Part shown: piece after piece, positions 28,954-49,464 of the stretch
Numbering within the stretch: position 1 is the first letter of the stretch
Layout: each line of letters opens with the position of its first letter
DNA from: the human T2T-CHM13v2.0 reference genome, Homo sapiens
Length of the DNA stretch: 64,000 bases
NCBI RefSeq assembly: GCF_009914755.1
Contig: NC_060928.1
Reading direction: 5' to 3' (one strand)
The notes under the pieces: model-generated
Seen by the model: the letters and a program-made list of their open reading frames with translations, nothing else
Told to the model about the DNA's origin: nothing
The model's database searches: none
Made by a program: the position numbers and the translations under genes

Positions 28954-31900
28954 GGTTAGAACAAGTGCTATATTATTCTTTCCTTAATCCTCATTTTTCA
29001 TTCCTTGGCAGATCTGTTAACATTTATGTCAGAAGATTGCACTTTTTTCCTGTTTGTTTACTGCCAAAATAGCTTTGGGATCCACTGTACTAGATTTTAT
29101 TCAATTCATTTAACACTGAGGTACAGTTTTCTCCTCTTTATTCTTCCTTTATTCATATTTTTACTCTTTGAACTTTTCCTGCATCGATATTCTCTAATGT
29201 GGAGAAGAAAACATTAATACACATGGCTTTGCTGGCTCCTCCATGTCTCTTCTATTTCTTCCAAATACTTCAAATAAGTTGTATACATGACATCTGTTAT
29301 TACCTGCCATTTGATTATTAAATAATCTCCTAAATACAATAGGCCCATTAGTTTTCATCCTGGTTGATGTCTTTTTTATCTTTTACCTCTTCTTGAATCA
29401 TAGTAGTACCTTAGAGACCTCATCTACTTTGTTAGCCTCAACTCTTCACTATGAAGATCACCAAAAGAGCAAGTCTAACATGGCATCTTACCTGTGCTCT
29501 AGTTTCATAGCTCTATTTTCACAAAGTATCTACTTGCGCGTCCCAAATCTGACCTATTTGAAACAAGCTTGTCATCATTTCCTGCAAATCACTTCCCCTC
29601 TGCGTTTCTTATTTCTATCATGTACCCAAGTATCCTTTGTATTTCCACTTCAACTACTGTAATGTTTCCTTTGTTACCTCATGCCTGGGGTATTTGAAAT
29701 AGCTTCCTACTTATCTTCCTGTTTCTAGTCTCTCACATACCACCTGGTATCAGATCAATCTTACTTAAGTTACACTTTTGTAATATTAAGTTCCTGTTAA
29801 AACCAAAACTAAACAAACAAAAACTTCAATCATCATTCTTCTTTACTACTTTCAGAATGTGGTGCCAGAGGGATCAAATATAGAGACAATGGTACCTAAG
29901 ATTATACTTCACAATCAAACTAGATAGTGGGTTAATGTTAGTGTGCAAGTCTGCAACTTATTTAAAGACATTCCAATTTGCCTTTCTATAAAACCACATA
30001 AACTAGCTTAGATCACCAGAACAGAAATAACCACTTCTACAGTAACTCCTCTGAATTGTTTTATTATTTATTTAAATATTCACTGTTCTGCAATTATTCT
30101 AAAATATATTCGTAAGAAAACATGAATAAATATGGAAACAGTGTGATATGTTGGCTTGGGTGTGCTTGTGGTTAAACTTTTTTTTCTTTCCTTTAGAATT
30201 CTATTAATAGTAGTGCAATGTTTTTTATAAGCAAAAAGCTACAAAAATTAAAAGCAAAATATATTTATGATTTTATTTTTAAATTGGAATCAAAAACCTT
30301 GGAATGTTTTGCTCCATAAATGGATATAGGAATGTTTGCAACATAGACATTGTCGGAGGTAACCTGGATTATCATACAATAAAGTGGCAGTGATCAATCT
30401 TCTCTTTAAGAAGAGATAACTGATAAATTTTAAAGTTTGGCCTTGAAACCCAGCCCCAAAGGCGACTCAAAGTCTGTCCCATTTCCTCTCCATGAGTCCT
30501 TCCTTATTCAACCAAAAATTGAGGAGCATAAAACGAGTTGTCTTAAGTACTGTGTTTAGCTGCACCGAGGGGTGAAGTGTTGATGGAAAACCATGTGAAT
30601 GGCTGCCTACTTACCAGCCTCATCTTATCCCATTCTCCTTTTCCCTCCTTATATTACAGCCATGCAATCATTTCAGTGCTTCAAATTTCACAGCTCCTTC
30701 CCATGTCACAGGAGCCACATGCATTTTCCTCTTCTAGCATGTTCCCCTACCTGTCCCTACCTCAGTTACTTTATTCCCACTCATCCTTCATGCCTCAATT
30801 TAAGTGTCAAGTCCTGGTTGATACTTAGAAATGGTGACTAAAGACAGGATTGCCCCCCGCCCACAACTCCTTTTTCCTATAAGAAATCATTCAAAAACAA
30901 GGAGAAAGAAAAACCAGAAATACTAACATTATCTCCCACAACTTTAGCAGGTAGATGTAACTTTGAGCTGTAGGAAGGGAGGAAGAAATGCCAGATACAG
31001 GCAAGATAAAGTGGAAGTGCAAAAAGACACTCTGAGATGACTTTTAAAAAAGGTAGTATTTACCGTATTCTTACAATGCCACATGTACATGCATTATCTG
31101 CATGCCTTTTCAGGGATTGACCTCCTGTATTAGCCATTACAGCACTCAGTGAGATAAATGCTATTATGATTAGCCCTTTACTGCAGAAATAGAGTCATGC
31201 AGCTATTATGTGGCAGAGCTGTAATTCCAAATCAGAACTCACGGCACTGCCGCTGTGCTATGAGCAACGTGCAAATACCCAATTCATAAGGAATTTCCGT
31301 CATTCAAAGTTGAGTATTACCACAAAGTAAGCACACTGAATCTATGGAATTACTTCAAAAAAAAAAAAAAAAGAAAAAGAAAAGAAAAAACTGTTGAAGG
31401 AATGGGGAAAACAAATAGTACAAATGGCAGATGAAGAATATATCCCAGAAGATTTTTGTTATGAACCAGAAGAAAAGTATTACCAAATATATTGCCATGA
31501 ATTTAAAACATTTAATGAAAGAAATACTTATATAAAATGATGACTCAAAATACATCTAAAGAGTTTGGGAGGAAATGTGCTGAGAAGAGAAAAAAATCAA
31601 AGATGAGTGGAAAAGAGAAGTAAAATCTCATTCAAAATGAGAGTTAAAGTAGAATAAAGGAGAATAGTTACTACTGAAAGCATAGCATATAAAGGAGAAG
31701 ATTTCAAAAATAAATAAGATTAAAGAAAAATGATAAATCTAGAGATAAAAATGAAGATTAAATATGCATAATGGATATCCCTAAAGAAAATCGACACATA
31801 ATTGAACAGAAGCATAGATATAGCTTAAGGTCCCAGAAATAAAATAAGACATTAATCAAAAGACTGAAAAGACATACACTTTATAATAGTTACTGGCTAT

Positions 31901-31958
31901 TTTCATCAATTTTTGCCTTAGGAAGAAGTATCAGACCATGATACGATTGTGATCCCTG

Positions 31959-32037
31959 GGAAGGAAGGAAAGAAGGAAGGAAGGAAGGAAGGAAAAGGGA
32001 AGGATGGAGAAGGGGAGAGAGGGAGGAAGGAAGGAAG
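31959..32037 (+). repeat. (GGAA)n / purine-rich simple repeat inside an old LTR-like element (~31890-32310)
   Basis: The repeat is directly visible; the LTR assignment is tentative. Confidence 0.7.
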
Positions 32038-32939
32038 GCCCTTGACTGTAATGCATTTCTGAGAAAATTTTGACAAAACCAGTGGAGAATCCTCTGGCCA
32101 ACACTGTCCATTACAGGAGCATCACATCTCCCAGGAATAGTCCTGCCTTCGTATCCCTGCCACACTTTGTCACTGAGTAGGAGCATCTCATGGGAAAGCA
32201 CAGCCACCTCCCAAACATAGTGTTGGGTTTCAGAGCATAACAGCTGAGGCCCTTTGTCAATTATGTTTCCTGCAGCAGGACAACTTAGAAGTGTGTTTTC
32301 ACGGCTGTAATAGATGGAATTATGCATTTATCTCCATTCCCTTTCAAAACTCTACTGAAAGGGTGGTATAGAAATTAAAAGACCAACACACACACACACA
32401 CACACACACGAAAAGAATTGGAGAAAAGAATAGCATATGTCAACAACATTTTGAAATTGGAGAGCAGGTGGTAATTGACACAGCAGACCAGAGAAGGCTG
32501 AAACTTAGGCCAGTATGCGCGTGAAGCTCCTTAGAAACAGAAACAAAATGATTGCTCTCATCGTAACTCAAATATTAAAGGTAACTGGTAGCTCTGAAGA
32601 CAGAAAGGCAGGGCAAGTTCTGATTGTAGGTATTTTTAAAAATCAGTTAAACCCCTTCATCCCTTCCCTACCCCAAATAGCCATGAGACCTCCTCTCCTG
32701 AGCCTCAGCAGATCTCTGGATATTACTTGCTGGAGAACCTGAAACATACAGACTAACTCTGCACTTGGGGACATCATGAATACCTTGTGGGTAGGAGTAA
32801 CATAAGTTTACTTACTGAGAGGTGAGAACCACTCCTTCGACTTTCTCTTCTCATGTCCCAGAACTGTAGCAAATATGCTTAATCCTTGCCCAATCTCAAC
32901 TCACAACTGAGAAGTTTCTCTCAGGTGGAAGTGACTGAA

Positions 32940-33192
32940 ATACTGTATGTTCTCCCTTATCAGTGGGAGCTAAATGATGAGAACTCATGGTCATAAAGAA
33001 GGGAACAACAGACACTGGGTTCTACTTGAGGGTGGAGGGTGGGAGGAGGCAGATGATCAGAAAAAAAATAACTATTGAGTAGTAGGCTTAGCACTTGGGG
33101 GATGAAATAATCTATACAACAAGCACAAGTTTACTTACATAACAAACCTGCACATGAACTCCTGAACCTAAAATAAAAGGTTTTTAAAAAAG
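32940..33192 (+). mobile_element. L1PA15/16- or L1PB-like 3' end
   Basis: atgttctcccttatcagtgggagctaaatgatgagaac...ctgaacctaaaataaaag. Confidence 0.75.
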
Positions 33193-33498
33193 AAATGACA
33201 GGTTACAAGGGAAAAGACCACCAAAGAAAGGACTACGTCTCCCCTAATAGCTCCCAGTTTCCAAGCCCCATCAATGAATATTGAGTTCCAATTCACTTTG
33301 TAGTTCCTCACTCTTAAATATGAGTTGACACCCAATGATCACTAACATTTGAAGAAAGTCTCTAATACAAAAGACAGACAAAATGAAGAAAAACAATTGT
33401 GGAAATAGAGAACGAAAGGAGCAGCAGAAAACTAAGAAAAGTAATAACTCAGAAATATAACACATTACATCCATAAAACGAGAACATGCACATGTATA

Positions 33499-33960
33499 CA
33501 GATGTTCCTCTACTTATGAAGGGGTTATGTCCCAATAAACTCATGGTAAGTTGAAAATATTACAAGTTAAAAATGCATTTAGTATGCCTAACCTACTGAA
33601 CATCATTGCTTCACCTATCGTACTTTAAACATGCTCTTTTTCTTCTTACCGGAGGGAGGAGACACAGTTGGACATTTTGTAGACATGATGGGATGCAAAA
33701 ACACAAAACACAATATCCAAAAATTGCTGGCAACAGAATACCCTTTGGAGTATCAGTTGTTTACTCTCATGATTGCATGGCTGATTGGAAACTGCTGCTC
33801 ACTGCCACTGCCCAGCATCACTAGAGGATCATACTGAGTATCGCTACCCTAGGAAAAGATTGAAATTCAAAGTAAGGTTGCTACTGAATGTGTATCACTT
33901 TTGCATCATCATAAAGTTGAAAAATTGTAAGTCGAACCATTGTAAGTCAGAGATTGTCTG
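33499..33960. mobile_element. Tigger-family MITE (MER47/Tigger5-like)
   Basis: TA|cagatgttcctctacttatga...tgtaagtcagagattgtctg|TA. Confidence 0.75.
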
Positions 33961-34046
33961 TATTTACACATGAAACATTCAAAAAAGAAATTTTCTAAAT
34001 TCATTGTCAGCACAAATTAAAATTTCCAAATAAAAATTAATAGATT

Positions 34047-34216
34047 AGCTGGGCATGGTGGCACACACCAGCAACTTGGGAGGCTGAGGTGGGAGGATAG
34101 CTTGAGCCCATGCAGTCGAGGCTGCAATGAACCATGATTGCCCTACTGCACCACTCCTGCCTGGGCAACAGAGTGAGACCTTGTCTCCAAAAAAAAGAAA
34201 AAAAAGAAAAAGAAAA
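34047..34216 (+). mobile_element. Alu right monomer (AluJ/FRAM)
   Basis: TSD aaaattaatagatt on both sides. Confidence 0.85.
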
Positions 34217-34323
34217 GAAAATTAATAGATTGTCAAGAGTTCACATCCAAATATTTAGATTTACAAGAAAAAAGAAAATGAAAGGAAAGTATTAAATAAT
34301 AAAAATTTTCTTATTATTGAATA

Positions 34324-34366
34324 TTAGCTTGGTGGAAAGTAATTGTGGTTTTTCCCATTAAAAGTA
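34324..34366. mobile_element. MADE1 (mariner MITE) half
   Basis: ttagcttggtggaaagtaattgtggtttttcccatta resembles the Hsmar1/MADE1 TIR. Confidence 0.6.
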
Positions 34367-37300
34367 GGTTATCTAGATTAAAAGAGTTGAGTGAATGCCA
34401 GCACACTGAATGGAAAACTTATCTCCCCTGAGGTAGATTGTTGAAAATGTCTAGATCAAAGATAAAAAAGTTTCTTAAAAAGAAAACAAACAAATGCTTT
34501 GAGAATCAGACTGGCCAAAGACTTTACAATATTAGTGCTAGAAGACAATGAAGCAATTTCTGAAAATTTTGATGGAATTACTTCCAACATATAATTCCAG
34601 ATTCAGCCAAATGATAAATTGTGAGGGTGGAACAAAAATAATTTGAGACATGCAAGGTCTCAAGAGCTTTTCTCCCAAGCACACTTTCTCAGAAGGCTAA
34701 TTGGAGATGTGACTTTGTAAAATAAGCACATAATAAAAAATGAAGAAGATGTGCAGGTAACAAGAACTCCAGATGGGAAAGGAAACTCCTAGGATGTGGA
34801 TAAGGGGAAGTTCTAGGTTGAGAGCTGAGCAAAGCCTTGAAATCTCACAGCTCAGAATACAGCAGAAGGACACAGGGACACAGGAAAGACATTTCAAGAA
34901 GAAAATGAAGTTTTTAGAGTACTTGATGTGTTTGAACATATTTTAGGGAAGTTTTAAATTCTTATAAGACTTTTTTAAGACTTTGGGACGGCTACACACA
35001 CACAAAAATACACAAACATAAAGCAGCCAATTTTTAACTTCGGAAAACAAACAAAAAAATGAAAAACCCAAAAAGTTGCACAAGAAAGGAAATATGATCA
35101 TACAATACCATAGAGCTCAGTGGTCAATGAATAGTAGTTATATAGTCATGATAAAACCACTAAAAATTGATTTAACTCCAAACGTTGAGGAAGGGAAAAA
35201 GAGGGGAAGTGTGTAGTTGTACGTATGTGTGTATGCATGGATGATGTGGGTTGAATTGTAAAAGATCTAAGTCCTCCATTGTAAGAAATCAATGGATAAT
35301 ATCTTTAACTGAAAAATTTTGAAAGAGCATCACTTATTAGGACATAGACACACACCAAAACAAATATCTAAGAGCATTGAAAGTTGCTGCCTTGGGGTAA
35401 TAGGAATTGGGAGTGGAGATGGATAGGACAGGTAAAAATTAACATTTGACAAAAGAGTGAATACTATGAGTATTAGTCAGAATATTTTAGTCACTTCAGT
35501 TACTTTAAACTTCTTCAAATCAACATTCAATACTAAAAGGAGGTGGAAGAGTGCTTGTAAAATGTTTAAGAAACAAATTGTCATCCTAAAGTTTTCTTTC
35601 TTTTTAAACTGTTTTACAAGTGTAAAGGCAACAACAAATATATTTTTTTAATGTACAAGAACTCAAGGAATAATGATCCCATGAGCTCCTTGATGAGGTC
35701 AAACAGCAGCCAATCAAATTACAAGTGAAGAAACTATAGCCAAGGGATTGCCCAAAAACATTTAATTTAATTGGTGAAACTAAAGCAAATTGTGAGGAAA
35801 ATGGTCCAGAACAGATGATAAATGTTATAAATTATGACAAAGTATAAATTAAAAAACTAAAAGTCAGGGGGAAGCAGGGAAGAAGATGAAAGATAAATAT
35901 GTAGATTTTTCAATCTTTTATAACCAGGGTAAAAAGATAAAGGAGTAATGCAGATATAATTTTACTTTAAGGCATAAACAAAAACACTAAGAAAAATAAC
36001 ACAATCAAATAAAACAGGTGGTTGAGGGGTAGGAAGTTAGGAAGGAGAAAGGAAATATGCAAATTTTGCCGTTACTCAGAGTGGCTTGGGGTCAATTTTC
36101 TACAAGTCATTCTGCAAACTGGCCATAAAGCAAATTGACTTTTGGTGAATCTGTTCAGTGAATTAGCTTTGGGAAAATATGCTTCTGGTGAATCAGCCTG
36201 TTTCTGCTTGAATAAGAAGCTACTAAATACTGCCTGAAGAAACAGAGGATTAAATACACATACACACACACATAATATACAATACCTTATATATATAAAT
36301 ATTTTATATAAAATTACGGTGCATAACGATAATACTAAAACAAAGACATAAGCCTTTCGAGCAATCAGAAGTATTACACATAAACACACACAAGGAAAGG
36401 AAATCGTGAAGGATTATTTTAAAGCGATAAAACAGAAAGCATAACAAAATATGGCAAAACTAAACCCAAATATAACTGTCATCTCAATAGGTAAAAATGA
36501 GCTAAAGTTATCCATTTAAGAAAATCTAACTGGATTTTAAAAACCCTTAACCGTATCCTGGATATGAGGCACTACAAAGAATAATTTACTAACAGTTGTG
36601 AAACCAGGCTGCCTGGATTTAAATGTATGTGATTTGGGGCAGCTTACTTAATAAGTCAGTGCCTCAGTTTCTTTCTTAATAAAATGAAGAGTGAACTAAA
36701 TTTAACTCACAGAATTATTGGAAAGAATTAGTAAGCTAATATACACAGCATATTTAGAATGGTGCCTATCACATAATAAAAGCTCAGTAAATACTAGCTC
36801 ATCATTACATTAGACATATCTAAACCAAACCAATTTGCAAAGGTTGAAAATAAGATGATCAAAGGTATATTGATCAAATGCCAATACAAAGAAAGTAAGG
36901 GTTTGGATGGCAGTACCAGAAAAGATCAAAGTAAGGTTAGGAGCTTTAAACAAAACAAAGAAGGGGACATTATTATGTTGATAAGCACAACATTAATATT
37001 CAGAAAGTAAAAAACACATGAAATAAATAGAAAAATTGGAAGGAACCATTAGGGATCATACCAGGTCAAGATGATTTCACTGGTGAATCCTACCAAACTT
37101 TTAAAAATAGGTAATTCCAATGCCATTAAACTGTTCCAGAGCAAGAAAAAGAAGAAAAGTTTTTGAATTGTTTTTATAAATTACCATAAAAATTATTCTA
37201 AAACCTGATAATAAAAAAAGAAAGATATATACAGACCAATCTCACTTACTAATATAAATACAAAAGTTCTAAATAAACTGTTAGCAAAGGATCTGGCAGC

Positions 37301-37848
37301 ATATTAAAAGGATACTACACTGTGACACAATATTTGGAAATCTGTTAATACAATTTATCATTATATGTCAAAAGAGGAAAAACACCTATGTTCAATTCCA
37401 TAAATGCTAAAAATTAAATTGTAATAAACAGCTATCATTTTTGACAAAAAACTGTTATTAAAACAATAGATGACTCTTTCCTTGAGATAAAAATAAATGT
37501 ATATATTGAATAAAAATGTATGGGGCTGTACTAAAAGCATTCCTATTAATGAACAGGATAAAACAAGTATGTCTAATATCACTGCTATTATTTAACATTT
37601 TTTCAGCAAGTATCATCCAATGTAGTTAGAGAAAGGAAGGAAGTAGTAACATATAATTTTGCTAAGGGATTAAATGTTGTGCAGAAAAAAACTAAGATAA
37701 TGAACTGAAATATATTATTACATAAAAGAACATACCATAAGGTGGTGAGATTCAAATTTATAATCAGAAGTCAACAGTTTTTACATATGCAAACAAGATA
37801 TAATGAAAAAGAAGTGTCCATTTACAATAGCAAAAAAAAGTTAAACAG

Positions 37849-38603
37849 TGTTGGGTTGCAGAGGATGCTACCCCAAAGTATGGTGCTTTGGCATGCTGAG
37901 CACGTTTGAATTAAAGGCAATTGGAGGTCTTTAGAAACTGCCTCAAAACCAAAGACTTTCTAACTTTCTTTTGCTCCCAACCCCTACAAGTACAGGAAGG
38001 GACTCTCTCTGGAAGTTGCCTTATCTGACTGAGAAAAACTTCTTAAAAAAAAAAAATGCCATTGTCTTAAGACTCCCTCCCTGAGAATATCATCAAATAA
38101 CCAGAAAAGATTAACCTCCAGAGAAGAGAAGACACTAAAAGTCATCACTGCACCCAGACAGATTTTTCATCTGTTCTTCTGAACACTTCCCTGAGAGATT
38201 ACCTAAGAGACTCTGCATAATATGGTGACCTTTGTTCACAATGCAATTCTCCCGTCACCTTCCCATAACTTGTTGATCCCATTCAGCTTCCAAAGAGAAT
38301 CATTTACAATAACTTCCTATTGACTGTGCTTTGGGCATATTCAATTCCCTTGAAAACCATTTACTATCTCTCAAAATTGTCCACATCCCCTGATCTCCCT
38401 GTCTTCTATGAAGAGGGTGCTATTTAACCCTCAGCTATCTGGCCTTTCTTTGATTCTCATATTTGTGGGACTCCCATGTACATGTGCACAGTAATAAATG
38501 TATATGCCTTTTTTCTCCTGTCAGTCTGTCTATTGTCCTTTTATTTATCAGATTCTGACATCAAACCTCTAGCAGGAATAGGGACAATTCCCCTGCCTCT
38601 ACA
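37849..38603 (+). mobile_element. ERV1 (MER4-group-like) solo LTR
   Basis: TG...CA ends (tgttgggttgcagagg...ctctaca), TATA-like tatttaa and AATAAA near 38493. Confidence 0.65.
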
Positions 38604-38645
38604 ATTGCTAGGAATAAACTTAAGAAATGGGCAAGATCTACATGA

Positions 38646-38951
<306 letters not shown>

Positions 38952-39143
38952 AAATAGAACTTTTTAAATGCTATTAAAGAACATAAAAGAAGACCTAAAC
39001 AACTGAAAAGGCATACCATGATTTGGGCCAAGAAGATTCAGCATCAGAAAGATTTTAATTCTGCCTGAAGTTATCAATAAACTTTTCAAAATCCCAATAA
39101 ATGTACTGATAGAATTTTTTTTTTTTGAAATTAGATGAGCTGG

Positions 39144-39458
<315 letters not shown>

Positions 39459-39584
39459 GAAATTAGATGAGCTGATACCGAAAATAAGCAAGAATAGCCA
39501 GAAAAATCTTGGAAAACAAGAATAATGAATGGGGGCAAAACCTATTAAATATTAAAATATAATGTTAAAATAGGTTAGTACTGT

Positions 39585-39710
39585 AGCTGGGCATGGTGGT
39601 GTGTACCTACAATCCCAGCTACTCAGGAGGCTAAAGCAGAAGGATTTCTTGAGTACAGCAGTTGGAGACCAGCCTGGGCATCATAGAAAGGCTACATCTC
39701 TACAAGAAAA
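39585..39710 (+). mobile_element. FLAM / Alu monomer
   Basis: gctgggcatggtgg...cccagctactcaggaggct...gagaccagcctgggca. Confidence 0.75.
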
Positions 39711-39857
39711 TAATCATAATAGTGTATTGACACACATGCATAAAGAGTCAACTCAATGAAAAATAATAGAAAGTCCAGAAATTGATCTAAATATAGAAAT
39801 TTAGTACATGATAAAGGTGTCATTTTAAGTCAGTGGGAAAAAGTTGGATAGGTAGTT

Positions 39858-45268
<5,411 letters not shown>

Positions 45269-46624
45269 AGAAAATGAATACTGGGGCTAATTAACAAATT
45301 ATAGCAATGCATACCATGAAATATCATGCAGCCATGACAGATGATCGGCTGGGCTCTCTATGTATTAGGCAAAGAAGCAAGAAATGAACAGCATGTAGAG
45401 TATGCCACCTGTTGTGAGGATGTTTTAAAATAGACATACAAGGAAGCTGGTACCTTGAAGCAGGGTGCTAAATGATGAGGTGGTGAATGGTAAGAAAACT
45501 GATGCTAGTGGCTGGAATAACGTCTTGCCACTGTGTTGTACAATGTTATATACACTGTCACATAGTGGTAAGACATGAAACATTGTCACCTGCAGTAACT
45601 TGGTCAGAGTGGTTTCTTCCAGGCAGAGAAACTAGGGGGCTGGGACAGAGGCAGCAGGCACAAAAACACTTTTCACTACATATCCTTTTGTAACTTACAA
45701 ATAAATAATAAATATTTTACTTAAAAATAATGTGATTTTACCAAGGAAGCTGTCCTTGACCTCTTAAAAATGGTCAGGCTTTTGTGTGATATACTCTGAA
45801 AGCTTTCTATACTTCTTCTTTATAACCAGATGGTATTATAACCATCATATCATTTGTTATAATCATATACTACTGAAGACAAATAATTGCTCGTCCCAGA
45901 GAGTTTGGTTAACATGTGTCTTACCCACTAGACTATAAGTTTCATGAAGGCAGGGACTATATTTGCCTTTTAACCAGATTTAACCTAACACAATATCTGG
46001 CTCTTAATAGGACTTTAATAAATATTTATTGAATAAATAGATGGGTTACTTAATTAATTAGTTAAGCCAATAGATCAGGATTTCCTCAAGTAAAAAGAGC
46101 AGGAAAGGGTCAAGATCTAATCAGTTATGATTTCCAAAACTAAATAATCACTTCTGAAATGCAAAATATGAACAAAAACATAAAAATAATGTTGTTTAAA
46201 GACACACAAATATCTAGCTATAAATAACTATCCTTCTAATACTGAGCTCCATTAAATTACAGCTAAATCTAGTTCTCTAGCTTTCTTTATCCAGAGAAAA
46301 AAGTTTCAACTATTTTTCAACTCTTGGTGTTAAGATCCTTGGACCGTGTTCACAGATTGAAGCCATTTAGCACAGGGTTTGCCTTTGTACAGCTGTCCCG
46401 GCTTCAGCTGTCAACTGGGAGGCCTTTAATTCACAGGCTTTCCCTATTTGCTCTCTCTACCTCACTGTGTTTGTGTCTCACAGCTTCTGCTTCCCACTGC
46501 AACTCTCAGCTTCTTTTCTTTTCATAGTCAGAACAGAGAAAGCAAGAGTGGGGAGAGAGCACTTTCCTGTAGTTCTGCTGACCCCGTAACTGCCTACATG
46601 AGGAAAATTGTACCCAGTAAACCA

Positions 46625-47700
46625 TTGTTCAGAGAGAATGCTGTTTGTTCTCCAAAGGCATTATTTCTCCTCCTGGGCATACAGCTAGGCTTTGTTTCCC
46701 AGGCTCCTTTGCTGTTAGGTGGAACCATTAGACTGAGTTCTGGTCAATGGATACAGAGACATGAACTCCAAGACTGGAGCGTGGGGAAGCCACTTATTGG
46801 AAGAAGCCTGGAAGAAGCTGAGTTGCCATGAGGAAAAAAGCTATCCAGGAGATCCACCCAACCACAGACACCTGTGTTGAATGATTTCAGGCCAAAATAT
46901 ATATATATTTTTTATGATTTTAAACCACCAAAATGTTGTTTTGATTTGTTTACAATTCAGAAACTTGTACCTTGAAGCAGGGTGCTAAATGATGAGGTGG
47001 TGAATAGTAAGAAAACTGATGCTAGCGGCTGGAATAATGTTTTGCCACTGTGTGGTACTGTGTTATATACTCTTGTTATATAGTGGCAAGACATGAAACA
47101 TTGTCACCTGCAGTAACTTGAAAGCAGACCATTCCTGAATGGAAGCTCTAGGAGAGGTGGTTGGAGTGGTTACAGATCACTTGAGTGCCAGTGTGTGTTG
47201 GCTACCATTAGCTGTCCTTGGTGATGTTTTATGGAAAAGAAATGGGCTCAGGAAAGAATGGGCTGGTTTGCAAGCTGAAATGAAAGGGAATAAAGAAAGT
47301 CAAGAAATCTGGGTCATTCAAATGTTGAAAAGGCTGATAGTTTTTATTCCCAAATAGTAAAAGATAAGGCTTTGAGTAAGAAAGGCCAGTGATACTCCTC
47401 AGTTAAACAAAAGAATCAGCCCTGGGGCAAAGATCAGATTAGGAATGTAGCCTTCCCATTTATCGTTCAAGATGGACATAGGGTAGAGGCCATTAAATTG
47501 AGGGAGAGAGGCCTAAGGTGAAGAAGCAAAGAAATAAAGCAGATTTGAGAATTATGTGAACTTTTAGGCAAGAACATTAGTGTGGTTAGCGTACCGGGAA
47601 CTAGCCAGAAGCTTAATAAGTTTTTAAAGGAATTTTATTGCCAAAGATACCATGACCATCCTAAAAATATCTTTGAGCTGTAAAATAACTTTTGAGTCCA
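46625..47700 (+). mobile_element. Old MLT1 LTR followed by MaLR internal sequence
   Basis: ttcccaggctcctttgctgttagg...gactgagttctggtcaatgg (LTR), then an internal-type start cagaaacttgtaccttgaagcagggtgct. Confidence 0.6.
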
Positions 47701-49047
47701 AAACTCGATCCAACGGTACACACTAGATATTCCAGAATTTTAAAAACTCTTTCTGAAAATGTTAAACATTTGAAAAAGACAAGTTGTTAAAGTGTGTTTC
47801 CTTCTTAGTTACACAAGAAATGTAAAAATATTAGAAATGCAAGTGAACAAAACCAAAAATACATATTAAACTAAAACCAACGAAAAATCCAAAACACCAT
47901 GAAAAAAATCACCATTAACATTTTGGTGCATAGTCTTTCTGATTTCTACAAAGCAAATGTGTACATTTAAAAAAATTAGATTGAAATGTACACATTCTTA
48001 TAATTTTTGTATAATTTCATGTTGTGAAAATTGATCAATATCAATAAAAATAGTGGTATAATATCATTTTAATGACCATATAGTATTCTATTGTATGGCT
48101 ATACCATAATTTATTCTAACTAGTCCTCTACTGTAGGACATTTAGATTGTTTCTGTTTGTTGTTGCTGCTGCTATTACTATTTTAAACAAATAAATCGTT
48201 TAGTACATAAATTTCCTTTCAACTTATCTGATTGTCTCCTTTAGTGAATTTTGAAGTCCTAGAATTTCTGGGTCAAGGGGCATGAATGTTTTTAGGACTT
48301 TGGTATACATTGCCTAATCTAAGTCCAAAACAGTTATTAAAAAATGAAGCAACTCCTAGAGACATATAAAAGTGACATGTAAACTTCTGGCTATTGTTCC
48401 TCAAACTAAGTTTCCTATACAGTTGTTTGGTTTTCTCCAAAATGTGATTTCTTAGGATTGACATCCTGCTTGGCTAAGTGGAAAGCTGAGGGATTCATGA
48501 GAGGAGAAGTCCTCCCTCTAGCATTCTTCCAGCTTTCTTCCAGGGGAGCAGCCCCTATTTAAATAGTGCATAGCTTCCCACTCATATCTTTAGGACTCAG
48601 CAATGTTCCCTGCTCTGTTTTGATTAGTCAGTTATTTCCTTGAAATAGGATGAAGTCAAAGCAGGGCTACCAGGCTGCCAGCACATTGACACTGAGAATT
48701 GAAATCACCAGAACTTAGACTCTAGAGCTGAAAAATTCAGAAACCACTTGGCCACATTCTCTGGCTTCAGGCAGATAAGAAAGTTCATTGTGCAGAGGTG
48801 TTTTTGAAGATCTAGGCTGCTTTTGGCAAAAAGTGGTGTCTGTCTAGTAATTGTGTTAAGATAAAATAGAAAACACTATTCAAGGAAAACAAATTGCATT
48901 TCAAGTTAAGGTGTTACGTCTGTGAAGGAATACCCCCTAGAGTAGTGACCACGTATACATAAGACTGTCCCCTGTTCATTACCTGTTTTCAATTTGTCTC
49001 CAGCTCATCTTTTCCCCTTAAACTAGACAGCAATTGCTATCAATTCA

Positions 49048-49464
<417 letters not shown>

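Noticed and set aside
36075-36215. Segment with a recurring (t/g)gtgaat motif
   Set aside because: Spacing is irregular; probably a decayed old DNA-transposon fragment that I cannot assign.
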